Source of the DNA: Geosiphon pyriformis uo1
Lineage: Eukaryota > Fungi > Glomeromycota
Length of the DNA: 64,000 nt
Assembly (NCBI GenBank): GCA_016748015.1
Contig: JAAOMT010000231.1
Location: forward strand, 261,683 to 325,682
Reading direction: 5' to 3'
How positions within the stretch are numbered: the first letter of the stretch is position 1; each line of letters opens with the position of its first letter. Positions 10,831 to 24,448 of the stretch are shown piece by piece. The notes beneath the pieces are model-generated. The model had not been told where the DNA came from. It worked only from the letters and a program-made list of their open reading frames with translations, and did no database searches. A program made the translations under genes and the position numbers.

Positions 10831-13800
10831 TCTCCATTGTCACTATACCATTTCAACTCTTGTTCTTTGGAGAGATCTGGTAGTGCAATGTATTGTTCAT
10901 GGTTTAAATCGGAGTTTAAATCTGAGTTTGAATTGTTTTTGTTGTCATTGCTATTTTGAACAGAGCTGGAACCGATGTTTTTGTTGTTGGCATCGGAGTC
11001 TGGATCACGATTGATCAGTGATTCTGATTCCAATGCACAGCTGCTGATTGGTTCTTCTTTTTCAGAGATCGAGTAGATTATGCATGGTGGTAGATTGTAA
11101 AGGAGATCACAATCGTTACAATATTCAAAGTTACTGGAAATTAAACAATGGTGACACAGTCTTGTATTCAACTATGCTAGCCGTTGTTCTTGCTCTTCTC
11201 TAGTGAGTGCCAAGTTTTGGTAGTGTTCATAAAACTCTTCGGGTTCCAGAGAATTTATGACTGGTTCTGCATTCCAGTCAAGCTTAATGGGTTCTGATGG
11301 GTTGTTTTTGATTTCTCTGATCTCTTCGGGTGTTGCTCCTTCTATTTTGGTGATTGTCATTCTCCACAATTTGTCATCGTCGTGTGGACAACTGTTCAGT
11401 TGCTGCACGGCTCTTTTCTAGGCCACTTTTATTGGGGTTCTTTTCCTTATCCAGTTGCTTATTAAATTGTGTATTGACACGACACATCGCATGTTCTTCC
11501 ATATCCTGAAATGTCGTTCCACATCCCTTCATCTAGTAAGATCTCCCCACAAGCGAGACAAGGTTGGTTATCCCATTTTCCTTGCCTCTTTGGTCATCCA
11601 AAGCATTCGAGTAAGCATAAACAACAGTAAAACTTTGTTACGGTGTGGTATTCCTCATTGTCATCACAGCATGCACCCATTGATGACAGTTTCTTGCCAC
11701 AATCGATGCATACTAGTCTTGGCCATCAATAATTGGATTGTTGTGGAGTGTGGTGGGTGTAAGAATTATAACTGTCGGTCGTTAGTAGCATTCTTTCTTT
11801 TTTTTCTTTTCCTTTTCCCTTATCTTCATTCCATTCCCAACTTGAGACTTCTTCTTGTTTGTTATTGGTTCAAGTCAGATTGTTGGTTTCCCAGATAAGT
11901 TCCTCTTTTTGCTTTCCTTTGGGGTTGTCGTCCCATGATAGTACTGGTAGTAGCTTATAGTGGTCTTTGTCGTTGGTTCCAGTGTCAATAGTGGTTTCAC
12001 AGGTAGGTTCTTTTCCTTGCTTCTCTTTTCCGTTGTTATTGTCGTCCCAGGCGAGTATTGGCAGCAGTTTGTTGTGGTCGGCGTCAGCCCATGAGACTTG
12101 GTATGCTTCCCAGGTAAGTTTCTCTTTCTTCTTCTCCAGTTCGATCAATAGTTTCTCTTTTGGAGGAGTCTTGAAATGGCCACATGTGGCTGGTACACAT
12201 ATGTGTCAGCTCTGATATGTTAGCTGGAGTTCCTGGGTGTTTTAATCTAATGTCGTATTGACTTTGAATAGCCAGTCATTACCAACGAGAGCTTGGTATT
12301 GAGTGGCTTCCATCACTAAAACTTTAATGGGAGTTACAATACCATTAACTTCAAAAGGAAAGTTGTCGATTTTGCCAATTAGAGTTTTGGTTACTCCATC
12401 GGCTGTGATAATTCTGGCGCTGGCGGCTCGATCAACTTGGTGACCTAATTGATTCATGAGTTGTCATGTGATGATACTGCCTGCTGAACCACTATTGAGA
12501 ATCAATTTGATGGATTGATCATTAACCTTAGCATCTGTGTACATTGCAGTGATGGATTTTTCATCAAGAGTGGCTCCACTAAATAATAGTGTACTTGACG
12601 GTTCTTCGATCTCGAATGAGAAGATAGTGGCTAGTGATTCATTGTTGGTAACTGTTGCTGATGGAATATTGCTGGTAAGTGTTTGTTGTTTTTGGGTAGG
12701 TTCTTGGTTGCTAGTTGAGACGTCTTCTGAGGTAACCAGAAGACTTAAATAGTGTTGGAAAGTCGGATTTTGGGTGGGGCCTGTACCTGAATTCCGAGAA
12801 CAGGGTCCTAAGCTCTGGTAAGAGGAGCTGGGGACCAGTTAATGAACAACCATCGCCGATCTTCAATTTTGAGCAATTCTGGGTCTTGGGTTTCCTGATG
12901 TCATTATAGCTGAGTTTTGAAGTGGTGTTTGGATTGATGGTTGAGACCGATAAATTATTTGGGGCTGTGGCTGATAAATTACTGGAGGCTGCTGTTAATA
13001 AATTGAAGATTGATATACTGGCAGTTGATAGATTGGTTGCTGTGTCATTGGCAGGTAAATATTTTGATATTGGTCTTGATCTTGATTCGGATAATGATTC
13101 GGAGTTTAGAACTGGCGATCAGGATTTCTGTATTGATTTCTCGATTGTTGGTTGCTATAAGTATGGCAATTAACTCGAATATGGTCTTGTTTACCACAGT
13201 TGTGGCAGACATGCATTTCCGGCTGCCATGGTAGACTAGGTGCAGTCAAGAATGATGACCATGATTGATTTTGGAAACAATTCACGTTTCCTGAATTATG
13301 GTGTCATTGTGGTGTTTAATATATGGTGCGATTGTCAGCTAAGTATCCCTTTAGTTTCTGATTAATTGACTCACTGAATTGTTTCAGTTTGGAGTCCAAT
13401 TCAGATGATCCATTCATTACTAAGTTTACTGCTTGGGCGTGGTTGGCTTCTAACTCAGCTGCTTTAAAATCTCTGGCATGTGTAACTGCAGTAGGGAGGT
13501 CAACTGGATGCATTAGATGTATTCGCTGAAGGAGGTTACTGCACAAACCTCTAATAAATTGATTTAAAATCTGTGGTACTGTAAAATAGTCAGCTTGAAT
13601 TGCTTGGATCTGGCATAGGTTTTTATGGAATCATTCTAGATAAGTAGTGACTGCTTCAGTATCTCCTTGTTTAATGGTGGTGAAAAGGTTGGCTAATTTG
13701 TTAATACTATTATTGTTGCTGAAATATCTTACAAATTCCATCTTGAAGTCATTAAAGTTTTGGGATTTGACAGCTAGACTTTGATACCATGCATCCAGTG

Positions 13801-14969
13801 TGTTCTTTAAAAAGTATGGGATGGCTTGAAGTGCTCGGGCGTTATTCCATCCATTTGCAGTGATGGCTTTTTCTATGTTATTCAGCCATATTTGCACGTT
13901 GTCTTCTTCGCCAGTAAAGTTGTCAAGTTTTGCGATTGGTGTGTAGGCCATTGGATCTAAGTTGGGTTGTTGTGGTGGCTGTTAAAGTGGTTGTTGTTGT
14001 ACTGGTTGTTGGGATGGTAGTTAAAATGGCTGTTGTATGGGTTCGGCTACTGGATTAATCAGCAGTTGATCGATGATAATTACTGGAGGTAAGTTTTGCT
14101 GATTACTTAATTCAGGGTTTGGATTGTTCTGTCTTTGATGATTCGGGATTTCAATTTCCGAATTTTTTAGATTTAAACTTTGCTGAGCTTGAAAATTCAG
14201 GGTTTCAACTTCCGGGTTTTTAGTGATTGAGTTTTGATAAGTAAATTCTTAATCTTCCGATTCTTTTTCCTCTTCTTCTTCAGATAGTTCCCACAGGATA
14301 GCAATTCCAAAGTCTAGTTGAGGTGGCGGTAATCGAATTCCTGATGGAGTTGGTGATCATGATTTAAATCCTTCAAAATACACTCTATATGGCCCTAGTA
14401 AATCTTCTTTCCATTGTTTGCTTTGAAACTGGAATCTTCCAACTGTTAATATTGCGTTTGAGATGGATGCATCTGCTGATGAGATGTTGATAGTGCTTCC
14501 AGGTATGTAGTGATATAATGGAGCAGTTGGTGATTCTACTCTGTGCTTCTTCCAACTAGGTAACTGTATTCCTTTTGGTGTTGCTGCTGGTGTTTGTATT
14601 CTTCCTTTACCTTTGTCTGCGTAGGTAATAGGAAATTGTTGTTGAGTGTATCTTTCAATAGTCTAGTTGATTTCTCTGATTATTGGTGCAAAACTATAGT
14701 TTCTTGGTAAGTTGGTGTGTTGGAATAATTCTGTGTAAAAGTTTTTTCTTGCTGCTTCAATGTTAACTGTTCCTCCTAAGCATTCAGTGATTTTGTTGTT
14801 GACGTAAAAGTTAAAGACTGATTCAGCTGGGTAATGATTACTATTTAATCTTAATTGTTGGCTGTATTGTTGAAACAAGAATTTCACAAATCCTAAATGG
14901 TTTGCTCCTATATTTTCTGATTCTGCCATGTTTAGATTTGGATTGGTGCTGGTTCTCTGTAGGATTATA

Positions 14970-14986
14970 CCTCACAGGAAGCACCA
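14970..14986 (-). promoter_or_regulatory. Primer-binding site of A (TGGTGCTTCCTGTGAGG); possibly elongator tRNA-Met
   Basis: Starts 2 nt inside the 5' LTR. The complement CCTCAC-AGGAAGC-A-CCA looks like a tRNA T-stem plus acceptor end. The tRNA identity is an inference. Confidence 0.8.
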
Positions 14987-14988
14987 AA

Positions 14989-15760
14989 TGTTACAGGGGA
15001 TTATTTCTGCTGTTGAAGTAAATAACAACCTGTAACTTGGTGCTCATGAAGCTACTTCCGTTGATGAGGTTCTACAAGCATTGTATCTAAAGATTTTGAA
15101 TGAGTTTTTTGTATAATAGACAGAGATTCAATAGTTGTTTTATCCGTAGCTTCCCAGACTCACAAGTCTGTCAATTTTTTTCTCGGCTTGGTGGCCAGCA
15201 ATCTTCTAGTAAGTAATCCATATCTTTTGTATGTGTCCTACTCTCTCACATGAGTCTTTTACCAGACAATCTTTGATGTCAGTAATCAGCACTTTTCAAT
15301 CAATGGGTTAGTGCACAATAATAACTCAAAAAAAAATAAAAAAAAATAAGAGAAAATAAAGAAAGAAAAGAAATAAGTCAAGGCAATTTGTAGATTAGTA
15401 TTCCGTCAATAGCCGTGATTAAGAGCTATTGTTCTAGTGTGGTTAAGTATCACTTATTATCAACATGAAGTGTTGATAATGGAGAGTAGATTGAGATATG
15501 AAATAATTATTTATTTGATGATTTTTGTTTTTAGGCTAAGGATTCTGTGGTATCAATTCTGTTTTTTCTGTTTCTAATACTACCACTATATAAACATAAT
15601 TGAGATTCCTTAATTCCTCAATTCTTCATGACAGGAATTCTGGAATTCCTGGAATTCTGTGATTCCTTTGAGAAGAATCCTGGAATTCTACATTTACTAC
15701 ACTTACTTCTGATTGGCTAATAATTATACTAATATATTTCCTATATTTCTATGAGTAACA
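14989..15760 (-). repeat. 5' LTR of element A (772 bp)
   Basis: Direct repeat of 4706-5477; followed on the minus strand by the PBS. Confidence 0.95.
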
Positions 15761-17944
15761 ATAGCATAAGCAGGCCAATAGGGACAAATGGAAGTTCAAA
15801 ATTAAGTCAGCTAGTGATGATCAATGATTGCAATTCAAGGAGTGTTTTTTTAGTGAATTTCAGTTGAAATCTATGGACTTTAATGTCACAAAAAAAGATG
15901 GTAATTTAGATAAAATGTGAGACATTCTTAGAGAGGTGGTAGTTTGCTCTGCTAATTGAGTATTTTCTAAGTTCTGGTTTAATAATTTTGAGTGTTTAAG
16001 GAATAAGATTTCTTCAAAGTTCTTTAAGCTGGAATTATTAATCTTCAAGCTGGTGAAGAATCTGAGCTTGCATTGGAATCCAGTGGCTAACCGCTTTGTT
16101 GACATCTAGTCTGTTGTTGATTTTGAAAAAGCCTTCATATTTTGCGCCATAGTTGATAATGGTGCTGGTTGTGATACAATTCTTGGCCATTTGTCGAGTG
16201 TCAGAAAAAGATACTGTAGGTCCAAGTATTTTGAATTCAGGAATGCCAGAGATACTGCTATTAGAAAAGCAGTTAACAAGTGCATAGAAAATTTTTGTAC
16301 TAACAAGGGCCATATAATTAAAAGCATTTTAGAACAGCCTTTTTGTAAGGTGGTCCTCAACTATTTGATGGTTGACAATGATTTAGTTTTGAAGCCTAGT
16401 GAAGTTAAATCTACAGTTGACACTATCATGGAGGGTTGGACGAGAAAGTACACAATTCTTGATGTTTTGTCTGCTCGCTGGACTGTCCAGTATGCTCTTC
16501 TGAGTTATGTTGATAATAATGCTTTCTCAAAAGTTATATGCAATATAGGGTCTGATGAATTTCTTCAAGTAGTCAAGTGTTTGTCTAATGATAAGGCTGC
16601 TGGTTTGTCTGGCATTTCTAATGAGCTTTGAAAACATGGTGATGCATGAGTTTTGGGTGGTTTGCTAGATATTCTCAATATGTGTTTGGTGTTGGGTGCA
16701 GTGCCTATTCATTGGAGATGCGCATAGGTGTCTATGATTCTGAAACCATATGATTAGGAGAAAACTCTCACAAACACCAGACTAATTGCTTTGGTTGAAA
16801 CATCCTGGAAGATATTGTCTAAGATATTGTCTAACAGAATCTCTGTGGCTTGTAGTAGGTTTAATGTTCTGTAAGGTGACAATTTCTTGGTTTTGAAAGA
16901 TACATCCACACAGACCCCAATTTTTGCTATTGGTTCGATTGTTGAAGACACTTTGGAGAAAAATAGAGAGCTGTAACTAGTGCTTCAGGACATGTGAAAG
17001 GCATATAATTCTGTTGGGTGGTTTTATCTGCATAATAGTCTGGCTAAAATCAAGAGGTGTCCTCATTTTATTAGGTTTTTTGGTGGCCTACACAATGGCA
17101 GATTCAATCGAATCATGACTGATTTTGGACTTACAGATAGTTATGTCATCCACAATGGTCTAGATCAAGGAGAAGTTTTCTTGCTTTTGTCATAGAGAAT
17201 CTTTTATGATCTTTTGCTCTGCAAGATCAAGCATTGTGGTGATTTATTTGGGTATAGATTGGATTCAAAATTTTTTACTAAATCTGGCAAGCCGGATTTT
17301 AGAGGTGGCTTGACATTTTTTCTGGCTTCTGGGGCTTTTGTGGATGACACAATTTGGATTGGTAATAATATAACTGCTACTCAAAATATTTTAGATATAG
17401 CAAGTAAGTTTTTTGGGATCAATAACATCTTTATCAATACAGATAAGATGGTTGTCATACCCATCAACATAAGAATAGAGAATCCTCGGTTGTTTATAAG
17501 TGGAGCTGCCATTTCAATAGCAAAGAGAAAGGAACCACACAAATACTTGGGTATCTTTTTGTCTACAAATAGTTTTTCTGTATCCAGTCTTGCCAAAGTA
17601 CACTCAGATGTTCGGTTTTTTACCAATCTAATATTAAGAAAGGCCATTTCAGACAAGCAATTTTTGTATTTGGTGTCTGCTTTGCTTCAGTCCATTATTA
17701 GTTACAGAATCTAATTCAGTTATGTTTTGGCACATGTGTGTGAAAAATGGGACAGACTGTTTAGAAAAGAGCTGAAAATCAAGGCCAGCTTACCTAAAGA
17801 TTTCTCTAATAAGGCTTTATATTATCCTGAAATATATGATCTCAAATTTTTTAGCCAATTGCAGACCAAAAATCTATTAGCCAGTGTCATTGGGTTTGTC
17901 AACTCTGATGGTGTCTTTGGCAAGTTGTTCGAGCACAGAGCCAT
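15761..17944 (+). pseudogene. LINE ORF2 part 2: reverse transcriptase
   Basis: KAAGLSGI, TRLIALVETSWKILSKIL, LQDM*KAYNSV, GLDQGEV, FVDDT, KYLGIFL; many premature stops. Confidence 0.9.
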
Positions 17945-18925
17945 TGTTACCAGACAAAATTAGAGATATCATTTAGCATGAAACTATCTCATAATTCCTA
18001 TCATTAATTAGCATATATTATTGTTTCAAATTATCACTTATTACATTAGCAAAAAATGTCTGAAATTATCATTTAATTAATAACTCAAATTGTACATAAC
18101 ACAAATGTAACCTAATTGCAATGATCAATCATGCAATACCCCAAACTATGTAACATTCAAAAATTCGCTGAAATTTATAGAAATTTGCCAAAATAATTGA
18201 TAGTTCACCGAAATATCTAATAGTTTGTAGAAATAACTTGTAGTTCGCCGAAATGTATCTTTAGTTTAGTGAAATTGTAGAAAATAGCAAAGTTCAAGTT
18301 TATAGAATAGTGTTATGACAAGTTGTATAAAAAAAGAGCTTCTCTCTTCGAGAAAATGTATTTTACTTTAGATTTATTTCTTAAAAACCATTCCTATACA
18401 CACAAAAAGAAATAAATATTAAATAATTTGAAAAACCAAATTCTTTAATTATTGTACTTGGAAAATCCCCAAAACCCAACTAACATTTCGAAATTGATTA
18501 GCTACCAATTTCAGTAAACTGTTAGTGACTCCAGGCCTGGATAGAAAACGTTTTTCTTGATAAAATTCCTATTTCTTTTTACATTTCTTTTATTTTTTTT
18601 CTTTTATTATTATAATCATTAGGATAGCCTACAGACGAGATTCTTGTAGAAGAGTTGACTTTCACAACAAAGTAACTACACATTTTTAGTGAGCTTCCAG
18701 ACAAGCAATTCCTGGGAAAGAGTTGACGTTTACTACAACATAATTACATAAAGTAACTGGCAAGGAATTGGCCATTCCACTTATAAGCCCAGCAGTTCAA
18801 ATTATAGGAGATAATTTGAAGATAAATTCAGTTACTGGAGGTTTAACCACATCCAGAAAACGTGAATTCACAGCAAATAAGTATCAACAACATTACAGAA
18901 AAGAGACCAAAAACCTCCAGTAACA
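17945..18925 (+). repeat. 5' LTR of element B (981 bp)
   Basis: Direct repeat of 26374-27354. Confidence 0.95.
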
Positions 18926-18927
18926 TT

Positions 18928-18945
18928 TGGTGCTCTTCCACAGAA
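18928..18945 (+). promoter_or_regulatory. Primer-binding site of B (TGGTGCTCTTCCACAG)
   Basis: TGG begins 2 nt after the 5' LTR; the cognate tRNA was not assigned. Confidence 0.75.
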
Positions 18946-21900
18946 ACAACACAGCAAAAACAACTTTAAAGTGGCGACCACACCAGACACAACAACTCTA
19001 GAGTATTACCAATCAATTTACACCCACTGCAAGCAAAGATTCAACATTCCAGACGGAATTGAAGTTGTCAAGAAATCAGTATACCAATACATTGAAAACC
19101 ACATCAACAATTATCTTTTTGGAAATTACAATATCTCAGAAGTTAGAAGCAACTTTTACAATAATTTAGCACACTATTCACAGTTGGGAACTGAAGACCT
19201 TAATAGTGAAACACTTGCCACTTACTTTCACGAACTTAATTTTAACATTATCAAATACTGTGAAGAAACATATCCAGTGCAGTCTCAATACACTATTGAT
19301 TTTGAATCGAAAACAGAAATAAGCAACAAAGGCAAAAACAAATTAAAGCAATATTCAAGAACCACCCCAAATACTCCAACACTACCAAAAACAACTGCCA
19401 AACATTTACAAACACCTGAACAGAGAACCAGTTCAAAACTTCCACTTATTATCACACCTTTTCCAGCTTCACTTGCACAAGCACAAACACCTAATTCATC
19501 CTTGAATCAATTTGCAAGACCAGAAGATTTTACATCACTCAGAAGTCCCACCAGACAACAAGAACTCCTTCAAACTAGTTCTAATCTCCTTGATTTTCTA
19601 GCTGAAAATCAAAGTGAACACTCTGAGACAGCAGCAAACAAAGAAAACAACTCTGAAATAACCGAAGAAGAATCAATAGACAGTGAAAACGAAGAAGATG
19701 AAATGACAACATATATTGCAAAAATCCCTGAATTCAATGGAGAAGATATTGAGACCAGTCCCCAAGAATGGCTCGACCAAGTTACTAAAGCTGGAGATAC
19801 AAATGGATGGAATGCTGCCAGAATGTTAAGAACAATACCCTACTTTCTTAAAAGAACAGCAGGAAAATGGTTTGAAAACCTTGCTGTCCCATTCAATGAT
19901 TAGAATGCTTTCAAAGCAGCCTTCCTTGAACAGTTTACTGACAATAATACCTCCATTACTTTTCACAATTGTTTTCAAAATATCAAACAAGAACCCTCCG
20001 AATCCGTTATGACTTATATTGGGAAATTCAACAAACTTTTCAGATAGATTTGCCAACTCGAAACAAACAATTATTATTCTGATGCTCAAATCTTGGATCA
20101 ATTTATCGCTGGTCTAAAAAATAAACTAATTAAAAAAGTTCACTCACATGTACCAGAAGATTTAAACTCTGCTATACAGCATGCAAAAAGATATGAAATG
20201 GCCATAGAAGAAGCCAATCATACAAAACTTGTAAATTTGGCAATTGGAAAAACCAGCTCAGCAGCTGAGGAAAAAATTGACCAACTCACAAAGAAGGTTG
20301 AAAACTATTTTACCAACCAACAACAACAACAACTCCAAAGATATCAACCACCCCAAAGACGAAATCAAAATAACTTTGCACCACTTTCCAATAACCAGCC
20401 CTAGAATTGCCATTATTGTGGAATCTTTGGCCACTAGAAAAAAGATTACAGAAAGCTGCAACGAGACCAACAAAATAGGGGTAATCAACGTTACTCTTCA
20501 CCACAGCAATCTTATTATCAACCATCACCACCAGCTTACTATCCACCAAGACTCCAGTACTAAAATAACTATTATCAGCCCACCCCACAATCAATCCAAC
20601 AGCAATACCAACAACCACTCACCCAACATTATCAAGTACCTGCTCGAAGACTGATTACACAAAATCAATTTATACCACAAAACTAATACCAAGTAAACAA
20701 CAGTAGAATCAGTTCGAACAACCAATTGGTTCCCTGAAATACCACTCAAACAAGACCCAACCATTACCATACTCAACCCAGTTATTTAACAATGCCAGAA
20801 GAACAGGATTTTCACTATACTGCACTCTCGGAAGGTAGAGCTGCAGCACAACAACAACAAAACCCTTCTTATAACCACACCATTATTCCACCAGCCCAAA
20901 TTGCTGAAAATGCCAATCTCTCTGATATCTTTCCTTTTGAATTTGAAGCAAATGAATCACCATTCTTGCTTAGCAATGCAGTGGCTAATGAGCAAAAAGC
21001 CATCACTGCAATGTACACAGAAGCTGAAGTAAAAGGAAAGCCAATTCGCTTGATCCTAGACAGTAAATCTGCCAAAAGCATTATTATCTACCAGTTAATG
21101 CAACAGTTGAAAAGAAATGTCGACCGACCAGCTCAAACAGTAATTGTCACTGCTGATGGCATGAAAAAGACCCCAGTAGAAGAAATTAACAATTTTCTAT
21201 TCACTCTTGATGGAATTATCATTCCAGTCAAAGTTCTTGTAATGGACGCACCCCAGTATCAAGCTCTCGTCAGAAATGATTGGCTTCAAGAAGCCAATGC
21301 TAATCTGAATTGGGAAACACAAGAGTTAACAATTTCCTACCAAGGACAACACGCCTGGGTACCTGCCATTTGTGGTACATTCAACAAACGCTCTGAAAAA
21401 GCCCCAGCTTTTGAATTTGAACCGGAAGAAGAAAAACCAATAATCAAAACATTCATGGCTTTTGGATCAACGTCCAACTGGGCCGATGAAACAAAACAAG
21501 AACATTTTACCCCACACACTAAACCCAAAACCTCTGGATGGAATATACCTTACTCAAAACCCGAACCAAGAAAACAACGCCCCTATATTTCCCTTAAATG
21601 TAAGGACTGTCACAAGAAACTATTATCAATGGGAGCCTGCATTTTGCCTGAAGAAGAATATGAGAATCATACTTGTTATTACTACAAGGCTTGCCACAGA
21701 GAGTGATGGGGCCATCTAATAAAAAGGAGTGGAAAATGGGACAACACCTCTTGTTTGACTTGTGGAAAGATGCTACCAGAAGAATGCAATTGGATTGATA
21801 TAGCAATGAGAAGAGGCATCTGCAATCAGACCTGCCAATATGCTTTATCAATTTCAGAAAAAGTAAAAAGAAGAACACCCTTTAATGCAACATACAATAG

Positions 21901-22349
21901 TGCTCTCAACAAACTTTATCACTACTCTTATAATGCCGAGATGATTTTTGACTTAGCAATGGCATTAATTAATGGAGCTACCAAAGAAGATGTTCGTCAA
22001 ATAAAGAAAGCAGAATACATTGAATACACTATGGAATTAGCTGGATTCGATTACGAAGATGAAGTAGAAGTCTACCACCAAATTGCAAGTCACACCTACC
22101 CGACCCAAGAAGCTCAAATTCAACGATTAGAGCAAATGAACATTAGGCTATGTGAAGAATGCATTATGCCTTGCAATGAACAATAGTGTTCTGAATGCTA
22201 TGCTCTTAGTATCCCCTTGCTCAGCGAAAATGATGAGAATAAAATTGAATTCGGAGAACCTGAAGAAACAGAAGAAATTGAAACAACACTTATCTACCTT
22301 ATTGAAAATCAGCCTGCCTTACAACTTAAATACTTCAACAACAACGGAC

Positions 22350-22748
22350 AAGGAATAAAACCCAAAAAAGCACACGAAATTGATGCTGGATATGACCTAA
22401 GATATCCAGGCAAAAATACTCTTGTTCTCAAACCCAAATCTTTCACAAAAATCAACCTCAAAATTGCACTCGAAATCCCGCCAGGAGCAATGGTTCAAAT
22501 CACCTCCCGGTCCTTTCTGGCAAGCAAAAGAATCAATGTCAGAGAAGGAATAATTGATGCTGAATATACTGGAGACATAACAGTAATGCTTCAAAATGAA
22601 ACTGACAAACCATTCAAGATCGAACATGCTGAAAAAATTGCCCAAGCTATTTATCTACTCTTAATCAACATTTCGGGTTTGCAACTAGTCAATTAAAGAG
22701 AACAATTAGGAAAAAGTGATAGAGAAACCCAAGGTTTTGGTTCAACTG
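22350..22748 (+). pseudogene. dUTPase domain of element B
   Basis: AGYDL, SRSFLA, GIIDAEYTGDI, KIAQAI, RETQGFGSTG. Confidence 0.92.
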
Positions 22749-23456
22749 GACGATTCACAGTTCCAGTTAATATAGCTCTTAACACACAGAACGAATCCCA
22801 CCAGATTCTCAGACTTCCACAACTGATTACTATCTCATCCTTTGGAGAACATCCGGAAATCTACATCTGCCCAAAGTCAACAACCACACAACAAATTTTT
22901 GAGTCCAATGAACAAGTTTGCTTGGAACATAATATTTTGATCCCAAATATTTATATTCCAGAAGGAACAAAGAAAGTCCAAGTTACTTTTTACAACCCCA
23001 ATAATCACCCCATAATTTTATTAAATAATTTAGAAATTGGAGTTATTCACAGTAATAAATTTCAACAAGAATTACCCCAAATAGTTCCCAATTTCTCTGA
23101 AATTATTGGACATTCAATACCAAAAACCAACTCAAACTCCAGCTCCGAAAACTACCATGTTGTCATGGAAAAACTATCTTGAATCAACATGGGACAACTT
23201 GAACCACAACAACAGACCCAGCTCAAAGAGCTAATTGCAGAATTTGCTGACATCTTTGCCAAAAACAACAATGACTTAGGAAGAACTGATTTGGTTTAAC
23301 ACCAAATCTATACAGGAGATGCCAAACCAAGACGACAACAAGCCTACTGAGTTGTCCCAGAAAGTCACCAATTTATCCGAGAAGAAGTACAATGGATGCT
23401 TAACAATGGGCTTATTCAACCATCAATGAGCCCATGGGCCTCACCTGTGGTCCTAG

Positions 23457-23900
23457 NNNNNNNNNNNNNNNNNNNNNNNNNNNNNNNNNNNNNNNNNNNN
23501 NNNNNNNNNNNNNNNNNNNNNNNNNNNNNNNNNNNNNNNNNNNNNNNNNNNNNNNNNNNNNNNNNNNNNNNNNNNNNNNNNNNNNNNNNNNNNNNNNNNN
23601 NNNNNNNNNNNNNNNNNNNNNNNNNNNNNNNNNNNNNNNNNNNNNNNNNNNNNNNNNNNNNNNNNNNNNNNNNNNNNNNNNNNNNNNNNNNNNNNNNNNN
23701 NNNNNNNNNNNNNNNNNNNNNNNNNNNNNNNNNNNNNNNNNNNNNNNNNNNNNNNNNNNNNNNNNNNNNNNNNNNNNNNNNNNNNNNNNNNNNNNNNNNN
23801 NNNNNNNNNNNNNNNNNNNNNNNNNNNNNNNNNNNNNNNNNNNNNNNNNNNNNNNNNNNNNNNNNNNNNNNNNNNNNNNNNNNNNNNNNNNNNNNNNNNN
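23457..23900. other. Assembly gap (N), hides the RT core of B
   Basis: Run of N. Confidence 1.
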
Positions 23901-24448
23901 CCAGCTCACTACTAAAAATGTCAAATACAAATGGACAGAAGAACACCAAAATGCCTTCAAGATACTTAAGGAAAAACTCACAACAGCTCCAATCCTTGCC
24001 TACCCAGATTTCAGCAACCGATTCCGGTTAGCAACTGACACCTCTTATACTGTCTTTGGTGCCATCCTATTACAGTTAGATGACAATGAAAATGAGCGAG
24101 TAATTGCTTATGCTAGTAGAACATTAAAGCCAGCTGAAAAAAACTATCCCACAACAGAATTAAAAACCGCAGCAGTAATCTGGGCCTTACATCACTTCAA
24201 CCTTTATCTCAGACCCAAAGAATTCGATATTATCACTGATAATATTGGACTTAAATGGCTTCAAAACAAAAACACCCAGCTGAATACAAAACAAACCCAA
24301 TGGACAGGATTTTTAGCTAATTACTAATATATCGTACACCACAAACCAGGAAAACTCCACACCAACGTTGATTGTCTCTCAAGGATGAGGCAAGATTAGA
24401 AAACAAAACCAACACCCATTTGAATTAACAGCATCAAAACAACAAACA

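Larger units (their letters stand above)
7609..14929 (-). pseudogene. Element A gag-PR-Cys-rich-dUTPase-RT-RNaseH polyprotein (stops, one frameshift near 11465, solo-LTR insertion)
   Basis: Gag AKLDNFTGEE..WL..GWN, IKQGDTE; knuckle CHNCGKQDHIRVNC; PR LILNSGSAGS; RT SPVVLV..FCVDYRKLN, VYLDN; RH IDAS...EHLAI...YTDH...ADGL. Confidence 0.92.
4706..15760 (-). mobile_element. Ty3/gypsy-type LTR retrotransposon A (dUTPase-encoding), decayed
   Basis: Two 772-bp LTRs with TGTTAC...GTAACA termini; flanks ATGG/ATAG (4-bp TSD, one transition); PBS and PPT present; domain order gag-PR-dUTPase-RT-RH-IN. Confidence 0.95.
18971..24399 (+). pseudogene. Element B gag-PR-Cys-rich-dUTPase-RT-RNaseH polyprotein (one frame up to the gap; premature stops)
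   Basis: ORF fragments 18971, 20093, 20792, 21755, 22217, 22922 and 23396 share one frame. IPEFNGE..QEWL; CHYCGIFGH; LILDSK; PWASPVVL; TDTS...ELKTAAV...ITDN...VDCLSR. Confidence 0.92.

Noticed and set aside
23396-24327. Long X-containing ORFs
   Set aside because: They are artefacts of the N gap; the frame across the gap cannot be determined.
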